From a virus (lineage: Duplodnaviria; Caudoviricetes), in the IMG/VR virus record IMGVR_UViG_3300037482_000251, positions 1 through 37,059 of that record: 37,059 bases of DNA. One strand, given 5' to 3'. Below, piece by piece: positions 27,874 to 34,777 of this stretch. Each line of letters starts with the position of its first letter. Position 1 is the stretch's first letter. The translations under genes and the position numbers were made by a program. The notes under the pieces were generated by a model. The model was not told where the DNA came from. It saw only the letters and a list, made by a program, of their open reading frames with translations, and ran no database searches.

Positions 27874-28179
27874 TGTAATGACCTGTCCTCTCGCCTCTTG
27901 CCTCTCACAAACCCAGACTACCGGGCGCCTCTCCCGGGCTTGAGTCGAAACACGCTTTTTTAGGAGCGTCATTTTCGGCCTCAAAGCCCCTTCTCCGGGA
28001 TCGTGGAGCGACTGGCAAGCGAAAAGCGCAGATTTTTTTCACCCGACTGAGAGGGTGTTTTGGTTACGCATTTAGCAAAAGCAAAGGATATATGGTCATG
28101 GCTATATATCGGTTTCTGATAGGTCTGCGAAAGGCAGCCAGAACCGCCGGGCACGGTTCCCACATGCCTATTTTTTCTT

Positions 28180-28297
28180 GCACGTAGGGCTTGCAAGACT
28201 TGCGCGGCCGTGAGACACGGAAATCAGGTTGTAGTACCTGACCGCTTGCCGCGGTATGCCTCGCCCCGCTCGGTGCCTCCCGAGCGGGGCTTTTTTT
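28180..28297 (+). ncRNA. Candidate structured small RNA ending in an intrinsic terminator, antisense to the primase upstream region
   Basis: GCGG/CCGC closes hairpins CCGTG-AGA-CACGG and TCAGGT-TGTAGT-ACCTGA; terminator follows; no plus-strand CDS to explain it. Confidence 0.4.
28263..28297 (+). terminator. Rho-independent terminator on + strand
   Basis: GCCCCGCTCGG/CCGAGCGGGGC 11-bp stem followed by T7. Confidence 0.8.
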
Positions 28298-28310
28298 ATG
28301 CCGGCGGCCT

Positions 28311-28328
28311 GGCCAACATCTGGCCAAC
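28311..28328. repeat. GGCCAAC-N4-GGCCAAC direct repeat, site 1
   Basis: Copies at 28311 and 28322 (11-bp period). Confidence 0.6.
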
Positions 28329-28353
28329 GTGCCCCGGACCACTGGGGCATGTA

Positions 28354-28454
28354 CGCGGTATCACTCCGCTTTCCGCTGCGCTGGATTCTTCACCATGAAG
28401 AACCAGACTGCTCGCGCGTTCAGTAGTCGAGCCGGTAGCGGGAGCGGTGTCGCG
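28354..28454 (+). ncRNA. Candidate three-way-junction RNA or ssDNA structure
   Basis: Long basal stem (28354-28379 with 28435-28454, several G-U pairs) enclosing hairpins 28381-28406 and 28406-28428. Confidence 0.4.
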
Positions 28455-28565
28455 GCGCGCGCTTTTCTCGCAAGCCCTTATAATCAGTGCGGGTTACGAT
28501 TGGTCGCACCACTGGGTAGGGAGTCGCAGATCTGGGGGTGCGGGGCATCGGTCGGTGTCTGCTCT

Positions 28566-28583
28566 GGCCAACGAGCGGCCAAC
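28566..28583. repeat. GGCCAAC-N4-GGCCAAC direct repeat, site 2
   Basis: Copies at 28566 and 28577 (11-bp period). Confidence 0.6.
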
Positions 28584-28584
28584 G

Positions 28585-28611
28585 AAAAAACCCGCGGCAG
28601 GGCGCCGCGGG
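28585..28611 (-). terminator. Rho-independent terminator of the leftward small-gene operon
   Basis: CCCGCGGC/GCCGCGGG stem followed by T6 on the minus strand, just after the stop at 28624. Confidence 0.75.
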
Positions 28612-28623
28612 CGGGTTCTGGGC

Positions 28624-29043
28624 CTATCGGCCGGTCGCTGCGCCGAGTAGCGCAAGGCCCATCAACAGCGCTTCGGCTGCCACCTCTGCACGGTGCTGCT
28701 TGGTGACCCGGGCGAGGGCATCGAGCCGGGCGACCGAGTCACCGGAAACGGAGCACGTGATCGGCTCCTTGCCCGGCACGGTGCCCACGCTGGCCAACAG
28801 CCGATCCACGCGGGCGCGGAGGTCGGCATCCATCTCGCCGAGCTGCGCGAGCTGGTCGAGGCCGGCAGAGAGCTCGAGCACGTCGTGGGCCTGGCCGGCC
28901 AGGTGCAGCTCTTCGAGCAGCAGAGGGCTTGCCGGTGGGGCTGCGATGGCGCGGGCAAGGAGCCTTGTGCGGATGGTGGTGCGGATGGTGGAGATGGCCG
29001 AGTCGATTGACTCGGCTGGCAGGCCGGTATGGTTGTTTGTCAT
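28624..29043 (-). CDS. Protein with C-terminal CopG/RHH-like DNA-binding domain
   Basis: ITCSVSGDSVARLDALARVTKQHRAEVAAEALLMGL fits a strand-helix-helix pattern; ATGA coupling. Confidence 0.6.
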   Translation of the reverse strand: MTNNHTGLPAESIDSAISTIRTTIRTRLLARAIAAPPASPLLLEELHLAGQAHDVLELSAGLDQLAQLGEMDADLRARVDRLLASVGTVPGKEPITCSVSGDSVARLDALARVTKQHRAEVAAEALLMGLALLGAATGR

Positions 29044-29549
29044 GGTCGCAGCGTAGTGCAAAACGCTGCGCCGGTCTCGGTCTCGATGGCCTGCAGCTCG
29101 GTGCATGCCTGGTCGATTGCCGCGCGGAGGTCATCCCACGACGCCAGCCGCGTGGGCGCGGTGAGCTTCTCGCCAGCCACGCCCACCCACTGGCGCGCAT
29201 CGAGGTAGGCGCCCCACGCCATGCGGTAGCCCGGGGCACTCTTGGCCGCGCCAAGGGCCAGCCACGCCCGGTGCAGGGCATCGAGCTGGCGCGAGCGCTC
29301 GCACGCCCGGGCAGCCATGTCGCGGATCGTGGGGGCATCCGCATCGCTCGGGGCGGGGGGCTTGGCCGGCGCGTGCTCCAGGCCCAGCTCCACCAGGCGC
29401 AGCAGGGTCTCGGACCGCGTACCCAGGCGCCAGCGCTTGCGCAGCGCTTCCACGCGGTCCAGGGTGGCCGGCGGCAGGCTGGTGGAGGTCGATACGCGGC
29501 GGGCGGGCTTGCGTGGCCTGCCGGTCTTCCTGGGGGCTGTGGCGGTCAT
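29040..29549 (-). CDS. Ribbon-helix-helix DNA-binding protein
   Basis: GRPRK...STSTSLPPATLDRVEALRKRWRLGTRSETLLRLVELGL. Confidence 0.7.
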   Translation of the reverse strand: MTATAPRKTGRPRKPARRVSTSTSLPPATLDRVEALRKRWRLGTRSETLLRLVELGLEHAPAKPPAPSDADAPTIRDMAARACERSRQLDALHRAWLALGAAKSAPGYRMAWGAYLDARQWVGVAGEKLTAPTRLASWDDLRAAIDQACTELQAIETETGAAFCTTLRP

Positions 29550-29806
29550 CAGCAGCCCCCGCGCTCGGAGTCGTAGCGGTCGAGCAGCGCGGTTGCTGTG
29601 TCGATGCCGTTGTTGCTCGCGATCATGTCGCGGGCGGCCAGCGTCTCGGCCACCATCGTTCGAGCCCCGTCCCGGGCCCAGGGCTGCCAAAGCGCGGTGC
29701 CCAGGGCATGCGCCAGGGTGTCGAGGTGCACCACCGCGAAAAGCGGATCGGCGGCGTGGTGACGGATGGTCTCGTGGATCTGGTGCTGGTACTCGGACAG
29801 GTTCAT
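29549..29806 (-). CDS. Hypothetical protein
   Basis: GGAG RBS; coupled to both neighbours. Confidence 0.6.
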   Translation of the reverse strand: MNLSEYQHQIHETIRHHAADPLFAVVHLDTLAHALGTALWQPWARDGARTMVAETLAARDMIASNNGIDTATALLDRYDSERGGC

Positions 29807-29949
29807 CGCTGGTTCTCCGTGCCCTTGGGCCAGTCGCGGCATGCGCGGCGGGCGGCTTCCTTCTTGGCATCTCGGTGGCGCTTGTTGCGGCGGCGCATCC
29901 GGTCGAGGTCCGCGCCGGGGATGGGTGGGCTGTAGGGCTTGGGCCGCAT
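29803..29949 (-). CDS. Small basic hypothetical protein (48 aa)
   Basis: AGGA RBS; ATGA coupling to next gene. Confidence 0.5.
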   Translation of the reverse strand: MRPKPYSPPIPGADLDRMRRRNKRHRDAKKEAARRACRDWPKGTENQR

Positions 29950-30007
29950 GGTCGTGGTCCTGGGGTGATGGGCAGCCCAGCGCGGGCCGGGCTGCCCGGG
30001 TTGTTGG

Positions 30008-30241
30008 CTATGCGTCGATCTCGGCCTGGATGACATCCTGCAGGCCCACCAGCTCCTTGACGATCGCGCCCATGCCACGGGCCCGGGCGCGCTGCTCGCG
30101 GGCATCGTCGAGCATCCCGGCACCCTCGAACAGCTTTGCGCTGGCCTCGTTCAGGCGCATGCGGCGCTCGGTGGCATGGCGGGCGGCGATGATGTTGGTG
30201 ATCTGGTCCTGCTTCTCGGTGGCCGTGTTCGTGTTGTCCAT
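30008..30241 (-). CDS. Hypothetical helical protein, first gene of the leftward operon
   Basis: ATG 6 nt after a predicted -10 box. Confidence 0.65.
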   Translation of the reverse strand: MDNTNTATEKQDQITNIIAARHATERRMRLNEASAKLFEGAGMLDDAREQRARARGMGAIVKELVGLQDVIQAEIDA

Positions 30242-30312
30242 GTTTTCAAGCTACGCGCGGCCGATGTATTTAGCAAGTGCTAAAGTGCATTGGTTTTGTG
30301 GTCGCTAAAGTG
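30242..30312 (-). promoter_or_regulatory. Sigma70-like promoter TTGCTA-N17-TAGCTT with palindromic operator TTTAGCA-AG-TGCTAAA
   Basis: Palindrome at 30269-30284 covers the -35 box; GCTAAAGTG repeated at 30279 and 30304. Confidence 0.6.
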
Positions 30313-30316
30313 GGGG

Positions 30317-30700
30317 TGTCACAGGGCGTCGTGGCGCCCTAGCCTGCTGTCACAGCCCAGACACATCCCTGTGCGCACGGCCTGTCGAGGCGGATGCCCA
30401 GAGCATGCACCGTTCGGCAGTGCTGGGGTGTGACAATCGGGCTAAGCTGTGACAGGGGTGTGACAGGGATAAGCCTATGAAACTTCTCTATAAAACATCT
30501 ACTGTCACAACTGACACACCTGTCACACCCATATACACTACACGTGAGAGACGAGGTGTAGTTACATGTATGCAGATCGTACGTGTATTGCTATAGGCGA
30601 TTTGGATCGAGGATGTGACAGTGTGACAGGCGCCGAAAATCGCTGAATGCTGAGCGATTACCTGGGCTTGTGCTGTCACGGGGGGTGTCACAGCGTCACA
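30317..30700. repeat. Iteron cluster (TGTCACA/TGTGACA), putative replication origin
   Basis: 10 perfect heptamers (30317, 30348, 30429, 30448, 30459, 30503, 30521, 30614, 30622, 30686) and 3 variants (30512, 30674, 30694) in both orientations around an AT-richer core. Confidence 0.8.
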
Positions 30701-30933
30701 GCGCCGCGCTGGTGAGTGTTGCGGCTGGCTGACGCGCCCGCGCGCCACTCGACGAGGCCGGGACGCTCGACCGCCAGCATCAGCTCGACCGCGTAGGCCA
30801 GCGCGGCGCAGGGTGCGGCGGGTGGGCATCCACACACCCAGCGAAAAAAGTGCAAACGCTGGTCGTTTTTGGTTGACATCCCGACCCTAACCCACCACAA
30901 GGGGATCAGGTGCCGGGCAAGTGTCGGAATATA

Positions 30934-31290
30934 TTATTGATTCCCGGAATCGTCCGGGGCCCAGCGTCCGGCGATGCTCGCGCGCAGCCTGCGCAGGTGT
31001 TCGGCAGCTTGGGCCAGGTCATCGTCCCCGGTTTCCTCGGCCACGCCTTGCACCAGATAGGTAGCCTGGTCCAGCTCCCGCACCTGCTCGGCCTGCCTCT
31101 GGGCCTTGCCCTGCATGCCGTTGCCTCCAAGCCACGCTTGGATAGCGTCCAGATCGCCGAAGTACACGCGCCCGCGGCGCACGAGCAGCCCCTGCTCGAC
31201 CAGGAGCGGGACGCGGTCCATCCACCAATACCGCGAAACGCCGGTAGCTGCTGCGAGACTACGAAGGTTGATTTTGGTCGGGGCGGCCAT
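30934..31290 (-). CDS. Putative HTH DNA-binding protein
   Basis: INLRSLAAATGVSR HTH-like segment; LVEQGLLVRRG wing-like segment. Confidence 0.6.
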   Translation of the reverse strand: MAAPTKINLRSLAAATGVSRYWWMDRVPLLVEQGLLVRRGRVYFGDLDAIQAWLGGNGMQGKAQRQAEQVRELDQATYLVQGVAEETGDDDLAQAAEHLRRLRASIAGRWAPDDSGNQ

Positions 31291-31329
31291 ATCCCCCGTT
31301 AGTGGCTTTGGGTTCGAAAAGCGAGGTTT
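31291..31329 (-). promoter_or_regulatory. AAACC-N23-TAACGG motif, 39 nt before ATG 31290
   Basis: Minus strand reads CAAACCTC...GCCACTAACGGGGGAT-ATG, same spacing as the plus-strand copies. Confidence 0.55.
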
Positions 31330-31338
31330 GTTTTACGC

Positions 31339-31743
31339 ATGAGTGCATCCATACACGTCCTGAAGCCCGAGACGGTCGATGATTGCGCGCCCGGCGGCAA
31401 GTGCCACGTGCGGCCATGTCCATGGGTGCGCTGCAAGTACCATTTGCTGATTCAACAGTACGACAGCGGTGGTGTGTATGCTTGGCGCTCGGCCGACGAG
31501 CGAGGCCCGGGCAAGAACCCGGACGTGCTCCGCGACCAGGTATCGAGCACCGAGATCGAGCTCCAGCGCGAGCTTATCGACCGCTTGCGCGGGATGCCGT
31601 ACTCGTGCGCGCTCGATGTGGTGCGTGATGAGCTGCAGGCCAAGCCCGCGGGGGATGCCCTGGGCATTGGCACGTTCGAGCTACGGACCCTCGCGCGGCA
31701 GGGGATCGACGAGATCCGCAAGGAGATGGGCAATGGACAGTAA
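31339..31743 (+). CDS. Cys/His-rich protein with sigma region 4-like HTH (myxobacterial-type)
   Basis: RPCPWVRCKYHL...SCALDV...GDALGI resembles the RPCPxVxCKxHL...CALDV family I recall from myxobacteria. Confidence 0.65.
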   Translation: MSASIHVLKPETVDDCAPGGKCHVRPCPWVRCKYHLLIQQYDSGGVYAWRSADERGPGKNPDVLRDQVSSTEIELQRELIDRLRGMPYSCALDVVRDELQAKPAGDALGIGTFELRTLARQGIDEIRKEMGNGQ

Positions 31744-32464
31744 TGCAGCACAGGATCTGATGGCGAGGATGTCTACCTCCATCCGCGGCACGGCTGAAAG
31801 CCTGGCTCGTCGATGCCCTGGGCTCGATGCCGATGACCTGGCCCAGGACGGGATGCTTGCAGCCTTCCAGGCAATTGATGCATACGCGCCGGCGCAGGGC
31901 GCGATCGAGGCGCTGCTGTGGACCGCAGCAAAGAATGCGATGCTTACCTCAATCGAGGCAAGCCAGGGACCCATTCGGTCGCGCAAGCGCAACGATGCCA
32001 GCCGTGGCTTGCGGCCTATCTCCTCGGGGTCCGCTATCTCCTGGGCGAACGCGCCAGATCCCGACGAGCTACCAACACAGGCCATCAGCGCCGATGACCT
32101 GGCCGAGGGCATCGACGACCTTGCGCGCATGGTCCGCGTTGATGCTGCGCTTTCATCCCTACCGCGGCGCAAGGAAGTAGCTGTCCGTGTGGCCATGAGG
32201 GTGCTACCTCGCGCGGGCACGCGGATCACGTTTGGCGCGACTGGGCATGCCGTGCATGACGCTCGTCTCGTGCAGCTCGAGGCGCGTGCGCTGCTCGATG
32301 CGGCCCTGGTCGGTGGTTGGACCTCTGCCCCGGCCTCCCCCCCTCCCCCCGTACGGGGTCATTTTTCTAACCGATCCGCCGATGGCTGTATTGGACGCCG
32401 AATTTTGTCTCAAAATGACTTTTTGGCCGAAACCTCCAACGATTCCGCGCAGTTAGCCGGATGA
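31733..32464 (+). CDS. Sigma70-family sigma factor-like protein
   Basis: Region 2 motif DDLAQDGMLAAFQAIDAY; degenerate region 4 (ALSSLPRR...RLVQLEARAL); AAGGAG RBS. Confidence 0.75.
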   Translation: MDSNAAQDLMARMSTSIRGTAESLARRCPGLDADDLAQDGMLAAFQAIDAYAPAQGAIEALLWTAAKNAMLTSIEASQGPIRSRKRNDASRGLRPISSGSAISWANAPDPDELPTQAISADDLAEGIDDLARMVRVDAALSSLPRRKEVAVRVAMRVLPRAGTRITFGATGHAVHDARLVQLEARALLDAALVGGWTSAPASPPPPVRGHFSNRSADGCIGRRILSQNDFLAETSNDSAQLAG

Positions 32465-33045
32465 GTGCCAAATCAACCAAAAGCCGCAAGCTCTCCGTCC
32501 TGCCCGGCGGCCGGTCGGCCAAGCCTGCGCCGCCCGCGCCCGCTCGTGTGCCGCGGATCGCTGAAGTGTACGACGCACTACAGCAAATGATGCTCGGGTT
32601 GGGAGCGGATGCACTCGAGGAACAGGGTCCCCTCTCGGACGAAGAGGACGAATACGCCCAGGACATCGATCGGCTTGCGGGTGTCGTGGCCGAGGTGATG
32701 GGCAGGGCGCGCGACTCTGTCAACTTTGTCGCTGGCTCGGCGCTGGCGGACTGGACAGAGGTGTTCCAGATGCCGGCATCCCAGCAGCCCGAGGATCCAT
32801 ACGCTCGACCGCTCTGGTTGCTGGCCCGCGCGTGGCACACGATCCAGTCAATCCGAGCGGGCGCCGTCAAGAATCCGAAGGGCCATCTTCGTGCATGGCG
32901 CGCGTGGCGCTCGGTGATCCAGAGCGAGCCGCTGGACGTGCGAATCGAGGCCGCCCGCAAGCTCCAGAAGGAGCGCAAGGACTTCGTCCGGCGCCAGGGG
33001 CCCGCGCCGGTAGCCGCCTGCTCATCTCCGGGCATGCGACTCTAA
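32461..33045 (+). CDS. Hypothetical protein, possible terminase small subunit
   Basis: Position immediately before the large terminase gene; synteny only. Confidence 0.45.
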   Translation: MSAKSTKSRKLSVLPGGRSAKPAPPAPARVPRIAEVYDALQQMMLGLGADALEEQGPLSDEEDEYAQDIDRLAGVVAEVMGRARDSVNFVAGSALADWTEVFQMPASQQPEDPYARPLWLLARAWHTIQSIRAGAVKNPKGHLRAWRAWRSVIQSEPLDVRIEAARKLQKERKDFVRRQGPAPVAACSSPGMRL

Positions 33046-33082
33046 ACCACCACCGCAGCTACCTCCGCCCCTATTCCAGGGC
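33044..33082 (+). promoter_or_regulatory. AAACC-N23-TATTCC motif, 39 nt before GTG 33083
   Basis: TAAACCACC...TATTCCAGGGC-GTG versus TAAACCACC...TAGTCCAGGGC-ATG at 6189. Confidence 0.65.
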
Positions 33083-34753
33083 GTGGCGTCAAAGCGCGAT
33101 ATGGCCTGGGATGCCCTGGCCATGCAGGAGGAGCGGTCAAGCATCGACCGTTTCATCGACCTGCGCATGGAGGTCTACGCCCCCGACCCTGACGACTACC
33201 GCCAGCCGGGGGAGCTGCTGCTTGCAGTCGGTGGGCGATGGGACCGCAAAACTCGCCAATATGTCGGCGAGGCTTCGACGTGCGTGCGCGTGATCGTAAG
33301 TCCCGCGCAGGAGGAATGCTCCCGCGCGCTGGCCGCCTGGCTGCCCAAGCATCTCGAGGTGCGCCGGCGCCGCAATGATGGCGCGCTGGCGGATGAAGCG
33401 CTGGCGGACGTTTGGGGCCCCGACCCGATAACGTCCTTTCTTCTGGCCGGCGGCCGGCGCTCGGGCAAGTCGCACGGCTTGAGCTGGTTCGGCTCGGCCT
33501 TTGCGCTGGCGGTGCCCGGCGCCCGCATCGTGCTCGTGTCACCCAAGCTCGACGATACCACCGAGCTGCGCGACCTCATCGAGCTGAGCTTCACGGCGAC
33601 CGCATGGCGCGAAAGCAAAACGGACTTGATCGAGTTCGTGAACGGGTCACGCATCGAGTTTCTAACGGCCGCCGCGCGAAATCTGAAGATCGGACCGTGC
33701 GACATGGTGGGCCAGAACGAGGCCCAGATGCAAAGCGCCACCTCGCACGAGGAGCTTGCAGGCAACCTGATCGACTCGTCCGGGCTGCTCATCGCCACAG
33801 CCAACCCACCAAAGCACGAGCTTGGCACCTGGGTTACCGCGTGGTTCGAAGAGGCCACAAGCGGTCAACGCCCGTGGGGGCCAGCCTTCCGGCTCGACCC
33901 CCGCAAAAACCCCCACGTGCCGCGGTCTCTTTTCATGCAGATGCGCCAACGCATGACCCCGCGAAAGTACCGGCGCGAATACCTGGGAGATTTCACCGTG
34001 CCCCTATCCGATGTGGTTTTCGAGCAGTATGACGACGGCATCAACCGGCTGATGTATCGCCCCCCGGGCTGGGAGGACGTGACCAAGGAGATTGCCGAGC
34101 GGTACTACGACCGAGCGGCGCGCTGGTTGGTGGGCGCGGACTTCGACAAGAAAGCCGGCTCTTCATGGGTGGGGGCGCGCTTCTACCGCATGGACCCCGA
34201 CGATGCACTCGAGCAAGCCGTCATGTTCATCGAGCGATGCGGCACTCGCTACGTTGACGAGTCCGCCATGGCCCGCGCGCTCCATGCCGAGCGCGACCCC
34301 TACGGATATCCGGTGTTCACATCGGAAGGTACCATCATCGTCGGTGATGCGTCGGGCGCGTACCAAAACACCCAGCGGGACCAGGATGTTTCCCCGTCGT
34401 TCGGCTTCCTGATTGCCGAGGGATGGGAAGTGATCAAGCCCGACCCCAACATGCAGCGCAACCCGCGGAGGTGGGATCGCTTCGACGTGGCCAACCAGCT
34501 CTTGCGTGACTCCGACACACAACGCCCGCGGGTGTACGTGCTCCACAACGCTGTGGACGTGGTCAAGAGCCTGCGGACATTCCCGGCCAGAAACGGGCAG
34601 CCTGTGAAATACCACGAGACTGCGCACGTTGCGGACTGCTGGACCTATCTTGCATGGCGCAGGTGGGGCCGGGATAGCAGCCTATCGCAGCTCCCCCCGC
34701 GCACCGATGGGCCCGGGGTCGAGCTGGTGCCCCGCCCCAAACCACTGCTTTAG
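33083..34753 (+). CDS. terL: Terminase large subunit
   Basis: Walker A GGRRSGKS, motif C TANPP, REYLGDF, nuclease motifs GADFD, GDASG and HVADC. Confidence 0.9.
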   Translation: MASKRDMAWDALAMQEERSSIDRFIDLRMEVYAPDPDDYRQPGELLLAVGGRWDRKTRQYVGEASTCVRVIVSPAQEECSRALAAWLPKHLEVRRRRNDGALADEALADVWGPDPITSFLLAGGRRSGKSHGLSWFGSAFALAVPGARIVLVSPKLDDTTELRDLIELSFTATAWRESKTDLIEFVNGSRIEFLTAAARNLKIGPCDMVGQNEAQMQSATSHEELAGNLIDSSGLLIATANPPKHELGTWVTAWFEEATSGQRPWGPAFRLDPRKNPHVPRSLFMQMRQRMTPRKYRREYLGDFTVPLSDVVFEQYDDGINRLMYRPPGWEDVTKEIAERYYDRAARWLVGADFDKKAGSSWVGARFYRMDPDDALEQAVMFIERCGTRYVDESAMARALHAERDPYGYPVFTSEGTIIVGDASGAYQNTQRDQDVSPSFGFLIAEGWEVIKPDPNMQRNPRRWDRFDVANQLLRDSDTQRPRVYVLHNAVDVVKSLRTFPARNGQPVKYHETAHVADCWTYLAWRRWGRDSSLSQLPPRTDGPGVELVPRPKPLL

Positions 34754-34777
34754 CGCGCCGGACAGTAACCGTAGCTG
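34739..34777 (+). promoter_or_regulatory. AAACC-N22-TAACCG motif, 39 nt before ATG 34778
   Basis: CAAACCAC...GGACAGTAACC; no SD before the portal start. Confidence 0.6.

Noticed and set aside
26212-27963. 583-aa plus-strand ORF
   Set aside because: Antisense to the primase-helicase gene; no motifs.
28180-28460. tRNA, hammerhead ribozyme or retron ncRNA
   Set aside because: No T-loop/anticodon cloverleaf, no CUGANGA/GAAA core, and no reverse transcriptase gene.
30317-30700. CRISPR array
   Set aside because: Repeats are only 7 bp, in mixed orientation and irregularly spaced; no cas genes.
32430-32461. AAACC motif copy before the putative small terminase gene
   Set aside because: AAACC is 31 nt from the ATG and the TA box spacing does not fit the 27-28/39-nt geometry.
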